Shown here one piece after another: positions 45,350 through 55,495 of a DNA stretch of 64,000 nt. The stretch spans positions 96,001 to 160,000 of the forward strand of contig JBOEGD010000001.1 in assembly GCA_050633245.1 (NCBI GenBank). Reading direction: 5' to 3'. Origin of the DNA: Calditrichia bacterium. Its GTDB lineage: Bacteria; Calditrichota; Calditrichia; RBG-13-44-9; J075. Each line of letters starts with the position of its first letter. Positions within the stretch are counted from its first letter, which is position 1. A program made the position numbers and the translations under genes. Below the pieces are notes generated by a model. It was not told the DNA's origin and searched no databases. It worked only from the letters and a program-made list of their open reading frames with translations.

Positions 45350-45384
45350 ATGAGGGTCTTTTTTCACTGAAAAAAGACCCTCAT
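45350..45384 (+). terminator. Strong hairpin after wzc
   Basis: atgagggtcttttttca-c-tgaaaaaagaccctcat (17-bp perfect arms). Confidence 0.65.
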
Positions 45385-45580
45385 TTACAACGGGAGGCGT
45401 ATTTTGAAAATCGCTGATTCGCCAAACGTTAGGTATCTCACGCCCGGATTTTCTCTCTCGTTCTATCGTTATTTGCAAGCTGCAACGGCTGGCGCCGCCA
45501 TGATGGTGCACGCGCTATTGGATTCGTTGCGGAGCAGGGGAATCCGCAAAAATGACAATTAAAAGCAACAGGGATGATAT

Positions 45581-46642
45581 ATGGAAGCCGTTGAAAAAAT
45601 TGATGTTGGTACGCTAACCGTAGAATGTTTCGATTCCGCGCCGACCGGTTGGGATAATTACGTTTCTGAACATCCGAAGAGCAAGATCTATCATCAAAGT
45701 AAGTGGAATGAGATGATAGAAAAGACCTTTGGGCACAAGACGGCGTATTACGTTTTGAAGCGTGATAACGCAATTTGTGGTGTCCTGCCTTTGGTTCGCT
45801 TTAAGTCGTTCCTGTTCGGCAAATTTGCCGTATCGCTGCCATTTATAAATTATGGCGGCCCTCTTTTATCTAATTCTGATGATGCTCCTGCACTGGTCTC
45901 TGCGCTGAAAAGCTTTCGTGAAGACTACGACATGAAGTTTGTTGAGCTGCGCCTCGATGAAGAGATGCCCCTGGAGCTGCCGTGTAAGCAGCACAAGGTC
46001 ACATTCTTTCTGGATTTACCGGCAGATGAAGAAGCGTTAATGGCTGGTTTTAAAGCAAAGCTTCGCAGTCAGATTCGACGCCCCGGAAAAGCTGAAATGT
46101 ATGCAAAATCGGGTGGCGAAGATTTACTCGACGACTTTTATCATGTGTTTACCGTAAATATGCGCGACCTTGGAACCCCGCCGTTGCCAAAGGCATTTTT
46201 TCGGAATATCCTTCAAACCTTTCCAGACAATGCATCCATTTCAGCGGTATACTCGAAAGAAGATCAAATCGCTGCAGCCAGCTTTTTGATCGGCTTTCGC
46301 GATACGATGGAAATTCCATGGGCTTCTGCACTGCGCGATTTCAACAAGTTTAGCCCGAATATGTTGCTATATTGGGAATCGCTTCGCTATTCTGTCGAAA
46401 AAGGCTACAAGCGTTTTGATTACGGTCGCTGCACACCCGATACCGGAACCTATAAGTTTAAGAAGCAGTGGGGCGCTGTCGAGAGTCCACTGTTTTGGTA
46501 CTACGTTATGCCGGCTGGTGAAGAAATGCCTGAGATGAACCACAGCAATTCAAAATTTGACATGGTAATCAAGACCTGGCAGAAACTACCGCTCGGTCTT
46601 ACAAAGATTTTGGGCCCAAAAATCATTAAGCATATTCCGTAA
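45581..46642 (+). CDS. FemAB-like GNAT protein, XrtA/PEP-CTERM-associated type
   Basis: 'GVLPLV..KSFLFG...SLPFINYGGP', 'KLRSQIRR', 'MRDLGTP', 'PNMLLYW', 'FDYGR', 'FKKQWGA'. Confidence 0.9.
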   Translation: MEAVEKIDVGTLTVECFDSAPTGWDNYVSEHPKSKIYHQSKWNEMIEKTFGHKTAYYVLKRDNAICGVLPLVRFKSFLFGKFAVSLPFINYGGPLLSNSDDAPALVSALKSFREDYDMKFVELRLDEEMPLELPCKQHKVTFFLDLPADEEALMAGFKAKLRSQIRRPGKAEMYAKSGGEDLLDDFYHVFTVNMRDLGTPPLPKAFFRNILQTFPDNASISAVYSKEDQIAAASFLIGFRDTMEIPWASALRDFNKFSPNMLLYWESLRYSVEKGYKRFDYGRCTPDTGTYKFKKQWGAVESPLFWYYVMPAGEEMPEMNHSNSKFDMVIKTWQKLPLGLTKILGPKIIKHIP

Positions 46643-46759
46643 AGAGCGGCATTACGTTTTTTGCACAGATGTGACGGGCTGTACGGGCTGCATCGTGCAG
46701 AAAGGTTACATTTAAGTCGAAATAACCACATTATTAGCGATAGATAACGGGTAGTATAT

Positions 46760-48121
46760 ATGGGTTTACAAACAATGTTTTTTCTGGCGATTTACTTTGC
46801 CGGATTAATTGCCACATTTTATCGTCCGATCTTCGGTGTTTATACCTATATATTTCACTGGCATAATCACCCGCCATACTACTGGTGGGGAAGCGATCTA
46901 CCCGATCTGCGCTGGTCCATGCTTATCGCCGTTGCGACCATGATCAGCTTCTTGATACATCGAGAGAAGATGACATATCGACATAATCCAACAATACCAA
47001 CGATGCCCTATCTAATTCTCTTTGCGGCAAATGCCGTTTTTGTCAGCTATTTCTTTGCTATTCTACCAGACGATAGTATGGAGAAGGCCGTTGAGTTGGT
47101 GAAAATGTGCGTTATGTATGCGCTTATCATTTCTATTGTTCGAACGAAAGAAGATTATGAACACCTGATTATGGTGATCGTTTTCTGTGTGGCTAAGATG
47201 GGATTTACCGCGTGGGAAGTAGGCGGTAACCGTGATATTGGCGTGCTTGCTCCGAACGCGACTGAGGAAAATGCTATTTCTGCACATGTTGCTTCGCTCA
47301 TGCCTTTCTTTATGGTTAAGTTTGTTCGCGGTAACCGCTGGCAAAAACTTGCTGTAGCAGCCGCTATTCCATTTTGTCTTAACCTGTTGATTCTGGCGAA
47401 CAGTCGAGCTGCAATTGTTGGTTTACTCGCAATTGGTGCGCTCTCGGTCATATTGTTTAAGGGGAAAGCCCGTTTTGGTATCATTGCTACCGGTATATTA
47501 ATGTCTTTGCTGTTTACCCAGTTGACAAATGAATCGTTTACGGAACGACAAAATACTGATGTCTCTGATAACTCGGCACAGAGTCGTCTTTATATCTGGG
47601 CTGGTGGTTGGGAAATGCTGAAGGATTACCCTATGGGAGTAGGCGGAGCCGGATTTGTTTATCTTTCGTTGGAATATTGCGAGAATCTGAAAGGGCCAAA
47701 ATCTCAACACAATACATTCGTAGCGGTCATTACCGACTGGGGGTGGTTGGGCATGGTCTTTTATTTGACCTTTTTGATTGTCAGTTATAAAATAACGATG
47801 CAGGTGAAATGGCGGGGTAAATTCCATCCCGCTCTTGAACGATACCGGTTGGATTCAACCGCCGTGCAGCTTGCATTGGTCGGGTTTGCCGGCGCAGGAC
47901 TGTTTCACAGTCGGCAATATGCGGAAGCCGTATACTGGGTAAGTGCGTTTGGAATCATGCAGTTCAATACGCAGAAAACGGAAATCCACTATCTCGAAAA
48001 TGGTTTGGATCCTTTCACCGGGCTGCCACCCGAGAAGGAAATCCATCCGGTTTCAGACGAAACGGTTCTGCATAATGGCGCAGCAGCGAATGTGCCTGCA
48101 CAAAGAGACAATCAGGGATAA
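46760..48121 (+). CDS. O-antigen ligase/Wzy-like membrane protein
   Basis: About 10 TM helices; 'SRAAIVG', 'SAQSRL..W', 'P.GVG', 'HNTF' Wzy_C motifs. Confidence 0.85.
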   Translation: MGLQTMFFLAIYFAGLIATFYRPIFGVYTYIFHWHNHPPYYWWGSDLPDLRWSMLIAVATMISFLIHREKMTYRHNPTIPTMPYLILFAANAVFVSYFFAILPDDSMEKAVELVKMCVMYALIISIVRTKEDYEHLIMVIVFCVAKMGFTAWEVGGNRDIGVLAPNATEENAISAHVASLMPFFMVKFVRGNRWQKLAVAAAIPFCLNLLILANSRAAIVGLLAIGALSVILFKGKARFGIIATGILMSLLFTQLTNESFTERQNTDVSDNSAQSRLYIWAGGWEMLKDYPMGVGGAGFVYLSLEYCENLKGPKSQHNTFVAVITDWGWLGMVFYLTFLIVSYKITMQVKWRGKFHPALERYRLDSTAVQLALVGFAGAGLFHSRQYAEAVYWVSAFGIMQFNTQKTEIHYLENGLDPFTGLPPEKEIHPVSDETVLHNGAAANVPAQRDNQG

Positions 48122-48248
48122 TCTGAGTTTAGCTCTCCGAATTTACTTTAACTTTTTAGCCTTCCCCTGTCGAGTACGTTATCAGTAAATGGCTCTCAGG
48201 GGATAACTATGGCAACTATAATGTTGTCTTAGCGCCGAAATCCATACA

Positions 48249-49643
48249 ATGGGATTGCAAATGAAACGCTTATTAATGATTACTACGAACTATCCGCCCT
48301 CTGCTTCAATCGGAACACAGCGTGTCCTGCGGATTTGCAAATATCTGGACCCGAAAACCTGGGATATTTCTATCCTGACATTAAAAGAAAAGTATTACCC
48401 TGGCGACGGCACGGTTAGCACCGAAGGTCGTGAATTCTTGAACCGCCTCACGGTCTATCGCACCGGGAAGATGGATCTGGTTTTTTTTCTGATTAATCTG
48501 CGAGATAAACTGCGTGGAAAAACGAAAAACAGTTCTGGTGGAGCTGCAAAGCCTAAAGTGCACAACCGGGCGCAGCAGAATCTAAAAGAGGGAAAAAAAA
48601 TTGGCCTCTGGCAGCGCATGAAAGACATTTTTACCGACCTGATGCAGTTCCCCGATAAGAATATGAACTGGTTTCCTCTCGCCGTTTGGCGAGGCTGGAG
48701 GGTTATTCGCAAGCAGAAGATCGATGTTATTTATTCCAGTTCGCCACCACATTCGCTGCACGTTATTTCGGCAACGCTCAAAATGATCACTGGTAAAAAG
48801 CTGGTAGTAGATTTTCGCGATCCCTGGGCACGTTCTCCCTGGCACGATGAAGAGCGCGATTTGAATGGTTTCGAAAAGTGGAAGCACAACCGAATAATCG
48901 GGTTGGAGCGCTGGGTGGTAAAAAAGGCCGATGAGGTCATACTTATTACCAAAGAGATGTGTGACGATTATGTCGCTCACTATCCGGAAATGGATGCCGG
49001 CAAATTTAAGCTTTTCTACAATGGCTACGACCCGGAAAATGTCGAGCTAATGGCTCCGGACGTAAAGCTAAACGGCAATGGAAAGTCTGAAGATGCTCCG
49101 GTTACCTTTTTACATGCCGGTTCACTTTATCGCTATCGCAATCCGATGCCGATTCTTCAAGCTGTAAAAAACTTATTGAACCGCGGAGAAATCGACCGCG
49201 ACAAAATTCGCTTTCATTTCATTGGTGGAATTACCTCAGACCAGATTCATATAAAAGACTGGGTTGTGGAGCAGGAAATTGATGACATTGTAAAATTTGT
49301 TCCACCGGTAAGCTATAAAGAAGCTATTGCGCATATGGCCAAAAGTGAAGTGCTTATTATCCTGCAACCGGTAACCAAACTACAGCTGCCCGGAAAATTC
49401 TACGATTACCTCTGTTTGCAGAAACCGATATTGGCTGTTGGTGAAACGGGTGGCGCTACGAACACGGCGGTGGGTGAGCGCTTTGGAAAGTTTGTAGATT
49501 ACAATAGAGTCGGAGAAATTGAAGAAGGAATCCGCCTCTTGTATACGAATCCCCATCACTATGATAATTCGATTTCTGAACATCGTGGGGAGTTTGATAT
49601 GTCGAACGCCATTGCGCACTTTGACAATATTATTAGCAATTAA
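48249..49643 (+). CDS. Glycosyltransferase family 4
   Basis: 'YPPSASIG', 'SSSPPHS', 'DFRDPW', 'NGYD', 'PGKFYDY'. Confidence 0.88.
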   Translation: MGLQMKRLLMITTNYPPSASIGTQRVLRICKYLDPKTWDISILTLKEKYYPGDGTVSTEGREFLNRLTVYRTGKMDLVFFLINLRDKLRGKTKNSSGGAAKPKVHNRAQQNLKEGKKIGLWQRMKDIFTDLMQFPDKNMNWFPLAVWRGWRVIRKQKIDVIYSSSPPHSLHVISATLKMITGKKLVVDFRDPWARSPWHDEERDLNGFEKWKHNRIIGLERWVVKKADEVILITKEMCDDYVAHYPEMDAGKFKLFYNGYDPENVELMAPDVKLNGNGKSEDAPVTFLHAGSLYRYRNPMPILQAVKNLLNRGEIDRDKIRFHFIGGITSDQIHIKDWVVEQEIDDIVKFVPPVSYKEAIAHMAKSEVLIILQPVTKLQLPGKFYDYLCLQKPILAVGETGGATNTAVGERFGKFVDYNRVGEIEEGIRLLYTNPHHYDNSISEHRGEFDMSNAIAHFDNIISN

Positions 49644-49707
49644 TGGTAAGACTGTTTGAGGAATCTTATTTGGGAGAACGCTGTTTGCGACGATGGCGTG
49701 AAATGTT

Positions 49708-51501
49708 ATGTCAAAAGATTTGAACGCATATAAGGTGCTTGTTTTAGGAGTTGATGAACGCGCGGCGCTGGCGGTTATCCGCTCGCTGGGGCGCAGAGAC
49801 ATTACCGTGCATCAGGGAAGTGACTTTGCCGGCTCTGTGTGCCAATACTCAAAATACAACTCAAAGGTGATTGAGTTTCCGAAAGCCGCACAAGACCCCG
49901 ATGCCTGGGTCGAACGTTTGATCGAGATCTTAAGCACAGAACAGTATGATCTGGTTATTCCAACTGCGGATAACTACTTAGTGCCAATGGCGCGCAATCG
50001 TGCAAAGCTTGAACCGCTTGCTAAGCTGGCAATTCCCGAAGATCGTGGATTTGAATATACCTATGACAAAGGAAAAACCTTCGAGCTGGCAGAGTCATTA
50101 GGTGTGCCGTGTCCACGCTCAGTGGAAATTAGCAGTACTGAAAATCTTGATGAAGTGCTGAAGGAATTTACCTTCCCGATTATCGTAAAGCCTGTTTCCT
50201 CAAAAGTGTGGCAGAAAAGCCAACGTTTTCAAATGGATGTCTCGCTGGTAAAAGATCGCGAAGCATTGGAAGCCAAGTTGAATCGGCAATTGAGTATCTG
50301 CCCGGCCTTGCTGCAAACATTTCACACTGGTGTTGGTGTTGGTCAGTATTTTCTGATGCAGGAAGGGCGCATGATCGCCGGCTTTCAGCATCAGCGTGTG
50401 CATGAACCACTTAAGGGCGGCGGCAGCAGCTATCGCAAAAGCCGCAAATTGGATGAAGAGCTTAAGGTGCATTCACTTAATATGTTGAGTGAGCTGAAAT
50501 GGACCGGCGTGGCAATGGTAGAATATAAACAGGATCTTAAGACCGGTGCTACCATTCTCATTGAAATTAATGGTCGCTTCTGGGGATCGCTACCGCTGGC
50601 ATTGCAGGCAGGTGTCGATTTCCCGTATTACCTTTTCGAAATGCTGGTGAATAAGAAGCTGCCTGACAACTTTGTTGAAGGTAAGGGCGTGCCCTATAAG
50701 GAAAATGTGTACTGCCGAAATTTTGCAAAAGACTTTGATTGGCTAAAGGAAAATATTCGCGCCGATAAATCTGATCCCTACAGCTTAACCGTTCCAATGC
50801 CTACCGTTCTTGCGGAAGCCCGCCACTGGTTTATGGGCCGCGATCATTTTGATACGCTACAACTAGACGATATGAAGCCGGGTATTAAGCATGTTAGCCG
50901 CTATATAAAAGGCAACTTTCAAGGAGCGGGGGAGAAGCTGCATAAGCTGGCGCTAAAGTTTAAATACGGCAAGAACCTACCGGTAATCTGGATGCGAAAG
51001 CGCAAATTAAAGCAGCTGTTGCATAAGAATGCAGACGTCAACTTTATATGTAAGGGCAATATCTGCCGCAGTCCTTTTGCGGAGTTCTACCTTAAAAAGC
51101 GCTTTGAAGAAAACGGGATGAACTCAATTCGCATTACCTCGGTTGGCACATTGCAAAAACAAAATAGGCAAAGCCCTGAGTTCGCAATAGAGGCGGCAGC
51201 AAGTTTTGATGTCGATATGCGTTCACATCGGTCAAAGATTATTACCCAGAATGATATTGACTCCTACGGCTTGTTGTTTGTAATGGACACCGAGCTTTAT
51301 GACAAAGTGCTCGAAGAATTCCCAAATGCAAAAGAAAAGCTGTTCTTTCTTGGCGAAATGGCTGACGGGTATCCGAAGGTCATTGATATTATCGATCCGT
51401 ACGGCAGCAAGGTGGGGAACTTCAAACGTATCTATAAGCAAATTATTACGTCTGTTGATGACCTCATCGGAACAATGAAGCAGCTGGGAATTGGCAAGTA
51501 A
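49708..51501 (+). CDS. ATP-grasp ligase fused to low-molecular-weight protein-tyrosine phosphatase (Wzb-like)
   Basis: 'PIIVKP', 'MVEYK', 'IEINGRFWGSL'; C-terminal 'FICKGNICRSP' CX5R loop and 'DPY'. Confidence 0.88.
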   Translation: MSKDLNAYKVLVLGVDERAALAVIRSLGRRDITVHQGSDFAGSVCQYSKYNSKVIEFPKAAQDPDAWVERLIEILSTEQYDLVIPTADNYLVPMARNRAKLEPLAKLAIPEDRGFEYTYDKGKTFELAESLGVPCPRSVEISSTENLDEVLKEFTFPIIVKPVSSKVWQKSQRFQMDVSLVKDREALEAKLNRQLSICPALLQTFHTGVGVGQYFLMQEGRMIAGFQHQRVHEPLKGGGSSYRKSRKLDEELKVHSLNMLSELKWTGVAMVEYKQDLKTGATILIEINGRFWGSLPLALQAGVDFPYYLFEMLVNKKLPDNFVEGKGVPYKENVYCRNFAKDFDWLKENIRADKSDPYSLTVPMPTVLAEARHWFMGRDHFDTLQLDDMKPGIKHVSRYIKGNFQGAGEKLHKLALKFKYGKNLPVIWMRKRKLKQLLHKNADVNFICKGNICRSPFAEFYLKKRFEENGMNSIRITSVGTLQKQNRQSPEFAIEAAASFDVDMRSHRSKIITQNDIDSYGLLFVMDTELYDKVLEEFPNAKEKLFFLGEMADGYPKVIDIIDPYGSKVGNFKRIYKQIITSVDDLIGTMKQLGIGK

Positions 51502-51539
51502 GGACTCTGCATTGCGACTATGAAAGATGACACTATAAA

Positions 51540-52718
51540 ATGATTACGACTGATAAAAAGCTACACGTTGCACATTTGGTAAATTATCTGGGCCCCGCGG
51601 GAAAAGAACGCGGTATCATGAAGCTAATAGATAATATAGATTCAGAGCGCTTCGACAACACCATTGTCTGTGTGAATGCGATTCGCGAGCATGCCGGAAT
51701 GGATTATAGCCGCTTTCGAATAATAAACCTGGATATGCCGCTTGGCAACAATTTCCAACTACCGTTTGTTCTAAAGAAGCTTTTCAAAGAAGAGAAGTTC
51801 GATATTGTGCATACCCGCTCGTGGGGAACGCTGCTCGAAGGTGTTATGGGGGCAAAGCTGGCCGGAGCACCGGTCGTTATTCATGGTGAACATGGAACTT
51901 TCCCGGAAAAATGGCCGCATACGCTGCTACAGAATATGTTTTGGCGCTGGGCTGATCAGATGGTGACTGTCTCTGCTGAGCTCGGTAAACGCCTTAGTGG
52001 CTCAACCGGTTTTCCCTTCGAGCGCATGCAGCATCTGTTGAATGGCGTTGATGATAGCCTTTTCTTTACTGATGACAAACTTCGTTTCGAATTTCGACAA
52101 CGCTTTAACTTTGAAGAAGACGACTTTGTTGTTGGCACCATTGGCCGCTTCTATCCAGTAAAGAATCATCCCATGCTCTACCGTGCGGCAAAGCGTCTGA
52201 AGGATCGTGGTGAAAAAATAAAGCTGGCAATTGTTGGTGGAACAACAAGCCCGCTTTGGCAAAAGCAGGTCGAGGATCTCATCGCTGAACTGGATATCGG
52301 AGATGTGGTCAATTTGCTGGGCTTCCACCAGGAAGTAAACATGATGTTGAACGGTATGGATATTTTTGCACTCACCTCATTTAGTGAAGGTTGTTCCAAT
52401 GTGATTCAGGAAGCCATATTTGCCGGCGTTCCGGTTATCGCAACCGAGGTTGGTGGAAATCCCGAGCTGGTTCAGCATAATAAAACGGGGATGCTGGTTC
52501 CAAGTGATGATGATGAAGCACTTGCCGATCGTATTCTTGAACTGAAAAATGATAGCGCCAGGCGTTTTGAACTGCGAGATAAAGCGCTCGAAAATGCGCG
52601 CGAGAACTTTTCGTTGCGTAGTATGATAGAACGCTATGAAAATCTTTACATATCCACCTACAGCAAGAAATTCCCCAACTCTGAGAAAATCAAGACGATA
52701 AAGGCTGTAAATGTCTAA
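51540..52718 (+). CDS. Glycosyltransferase family 4 (PEP-CTERM/XrtA-associated sugar transferase type)
   Basis: 'IVHTRSWGTL', 'IHGEHG', 'NGVD', 'GRFYPVKN', 'SEGCSNVIQEA', 'VGGNPELV'. Confidence 0.9.
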   Translation: MITTDKKLHVAHLVNYLGPAGKERGIMKLIDNIDSERFDNTIVCVNAIREHAGMDYSRFRIINLDMPLGNNFQLPFVLKKLFKEEKFDIVHTRSWGTLLEGVMGAKLAGAPVVIHGEHGTFPEKWPHTLLQNMFWRWADQMVTVSAELGKRLSGSTGFPFERMQHLLNGVDDSLFFTDDKLRFEFRQRFNFEEDDFVVGTIGRFYPVKNHPMLYRAAKRLKDRGEKIKLAIVGGTTSPLWQKQVEDLIAELDIGDVVNLLGFHQEVNMMLNGMDIFALTSFSEGCSNVIQEAIFAGVPVIATEVGGNPELVQHNKTGMLVPSDDDEALADRILELKNDSARRFELRDKALENARENFSLRSMIERYENLYISTYSKKFPNSEKIKTIKAVNV

Positions 52719-54231
52719 GAAAGATATTGGCTCCCAGGCCAAGGAAGGATTGTTCTGGACTCTCTTTTTTCATGGAATCCAGTTTTTCCTGAGGATGGGG
52801 AGCAGCATTATACTTGCGCGTATTCTCTTTCCGGAAGATTTTGGGCTGATGGCTCTTGCCTCTATCGCTATCCAGCTCGCTCGCCGAATGGCCAACTTCG
52901 GCTTTTCGATGGTACTGGTTCAGTTAAAGGAGATTAAGCAGGAACACCTCGATACGGTTTTCATGCTCAATACGTTTCTTATTGGAATTGTCGCTACTTC
53001 ACTCTATTTCGCAGCACCATTTTTAGCTGATTTCTTCAGCAATGAGAAGCTTGAAGCCATTATTATGGTGTTGGCACTCGACTTTTTTCTGCGAAGCTTT
53101 GCCAGTGTGCCCGGTGCAACGATGCGCCGTGCTATGCGCTTTAAAGAAATAAATATTATCGATACCGCTTCGCGAACCTGTATGATCGTCGGAACTGTTA
53201 CACTGGCCATTATGGGATATGGTGTATGGGCGCTCGTTTATGGAACGATGATTGGAACAGTTGTCGGTGGAACATCGACGTTTATCGTATCTCGCTGGCG
53301 TCCGACATTCCGTTTTCGCATGTGGGCGTTAAAAGATTGTTTTGCCTTTGGCATGTGGGTATACGTTACGGTTTTTATCAACTACGGCATTAACAAAATT
53401 GACTACTTTATTATCGGTCGCTTCCTGGGAGCAACTCAGCTTGGCTTTTATGAGCGTGCCTTCGATTTAATGAGCCTGCCGCGTAAGCGTCTGGTTAAGA
53501 AGGTTAACAGCGTTGTTTTTGCAACGTATTCGCGAATTCAGGATGATGATAAGCGTCTGGTAAAAGGCTTACTAAAGGTTACCCGCTATTTAGCGGTTGT
53601 CGCTTTCCCAATAATGGGCTGGCTCTTTTTAGCCGCACCGTCATTTATTCCTGTTGTTTATGGAGAAAAATGGTTGCCTGCGGTTCTGCCGCTTCAGATT
53701 ATGTGTCTTAGCGGACTCTTTGATTCATTTACACTGCTATTCGAGCCGATGCTACAGGCTCGTGGTTGGGTTGGTAATCAGGCGCGCCGCAAAGGTCTTT
53801 ATCTATTGGTGCTAGCCGGATCGGTATATGCCGGAATTGAATGGGGCATCGTTGGTGTCTCAATTGGTGTTGCTGCGGCCTCTATAGTGCATCTTGGACT
53901 GATGATGAATATTACACTAAAGCGACTCCCCATAACTATACTACAGTTTTTGGGAGCGATGCGTGCTCCATTGGTATATTCGCTGATAATGCTCGGAGTC
54001 GTTTCAATGGCAAAGTGGCTCGCGGAACCTCACTTTGGGGTTCATTCTCTTGAGACGCTGCTGATAGTTTCTGTATTGGCGCCATTAACCTACTTAGGAT
54101 CACACTACATAATTCGCTTTCAGGATGTCGAGGACATTATATCTGAGCTTATGGGTGGATTGAAAAAGGTGTTGCGTAAGGTGCCCGTTGTTAAGAACAT
54201 GGCTTTTGTTCAGAAAAAGAAAAAGGCGTAA
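52711..54231 (+). CDS. wzx: Wzx flippase (PST/MOP family)
   Basis: 'ILARILFPEDFGL', 'GYGVWALV', 'LGFYERA', multiple TM helices. Confidence 0.9.
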   Translation: MSKKDIGSQAKEGLFWTLFFHGIQFFLRMGSSIILARILFPEDFGLMALASIAIQLARRMANFGFSMVLVQLKEIKQEHLDTVFMLNTFLIGIVATSLYFAAPFLADFFSNEKLEAIIMVLALDFFLRSFASVPGATMRRAMRFKEINIIDTASRTCMIVGTVTLAIMGYGVWALVYGTMIGTVVGGTSTFIVSRWRPTFRFRMWALKDCFAFGMWVYVTVFINYGINKIDYFIIGRFLGATQLGFYERAFDLMSLPRKRLVKKVNSVVFATYSRIQDDDKRLVKGLLKVTRYLAVVAFPIMGWLFLAAPSFIPVVYGEKWLPAVLPLQIMCLSGLFDSFTLLFEPMLQARGWVGNQARRKGLYLLVLAGSVYAGIEWGIVGVSIGVAAASIVHLGLMMNITLKRLPITILQFLGAMRAPLVYSLIMLGVVSMAKWLAEPHFGVHSLETLLIVSVLAPLTYLGSHYIIRFQDVEDIISELMGGLKKVLRKVPVVKNMAFVQKKKKA

Positions 54232-54236
54232 GGAAA

Positions 54237-55268
54237 ATGTCTTTACAGCAATCCATTGATGAAATTAAACCTGCGATGTGGGAAGATGCCTTTCCAATCG
54301 GCACTTTTCAGGGGCTGGAAGTCGATAAGGTAATTAGTCGTCCATTCTCGCGAGTCGCCCGTTGTCTGGTTAAGGGCAGTGCCGAGACGCGCGCTGTCTT
54401 TGTGAAGGTCTATCGCAATATCATGGATAAACCAAGTGCAGAGTATGTTGAAAAAATTCAGCGTGAATACGATATTACCAAGTTTTGGTACGAGCTATTA
54501 GAAGGTTCGGAACAGTTCTGTGTGGTGAAGCCTCTATTGGTTCTTCCTGAGAAGTTTATTTTTGTGAGTGAAGAAAGCCGTGGTGAAAATCTTTTTGATA
54601 TGATTACGCAGAATGCCGGTTTCTTTTCATCATCCGCGGATATGGAGCAGCTGACAAAGGCAATGTTCAATGTAGGAAGCTGGCTTCAGTATAAAGAAAC
54701 CAGGCTGTCCCCGGAAGAGGGACTTTATTCTATTCCCGATCTTCTTGATTATGTCAATGTACGCCTTGAGATTCTCGATGCCTTGCCGGGTAAACCGTTA
54801 CCGCTTAGCTATCAACAACGTATTAGGGCTTTCTTTAGGAGTTATGGAGATACTGTCGCTGATGAAGAACGACGAATGACGATTACCCATAGCGATTTTA
54901 ACCCCGGTAATATTCTGGTCGACAATGAAACGGTAACAGTCTTAGACTTTGGGCGTCGGGTTACAGAGTCATATCTGCTTGACGTTTGTAAGCTGCATTT
55001 TCAGCTGTACGTGCTGACCTTTAAGCCGCAGTTTCGTTCCGCGACGATTGCCAAATTGCAAAAAGCGCTTCTGGATGGATTTGGCGATCCCAATGCCGAC
55101 CAGAAGCTGATGTTTCGCTTTTTGACAATCCGAAATATAATTACGCATCTTACGAACCTACAGCGCTCAAAACAGCCGTCTGTAAAAGCGCGAGTTTACA
55201 ATCAATACGTATTGCGTAAGGAGCTGAAGCGGCTCGACGAACTTTTAAAAGACATCCCTAAAATTTGA
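54237..55268 (+). CDS. APH/choline-kinase-like phosphotransferase
   Basis: 'VFVK', 'HSDFNPGNILV', 'VLDFG'. Confidence 0.82.
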   Translation: MSLQQSIDEIKPAMWEDAFPIGTFQGLEVDKVISRPFSRVARCLVKGSAETRAVFVKVYRNIMDKPSAEYVEKIQREYDITKFWYELLEGSEQFCVVKPLLVLPEKFIFVSEESRGENLFDMITQNAGFFSSSADMEQLTKAMFNVGSWLQYKETRLSPEEGLYSIPDLLDYVNVRLEILDALPGKPLPLSYQQRIRAFFRSYGDTVADEERRMTITHSDFNPGNILVDNETVTVLDFGRRVTESYLLDVCKLHFQLYVLTFKPQFRSATIAKLQKALLDGFGDPNADQKLMFRFLTIRNIITHLTNLQRSKQPSVKARVYNQYVLRKELKRLDELLKDIPKI

Positions 55269-55495
55269 TTTAGTGCAATAGTGGATAAGTGTATTATGCT
55301 TTTCTTTTTATATAACAATTCTGGTTCAAGCACTTCTTTTCCGGAAAAACTATGGAATTCAGCGCATTGTTCACCTTGTTCTAATGCGGCCAAGAGTAAA
55401 GGGAATGCTGGTTCTCAGAATGTCTCTTCTTATTGTTACTTAAGCATGGTAAATCTCATGTCTTTGGGCTTGCATTTAGAATTGGGGGATGCATT

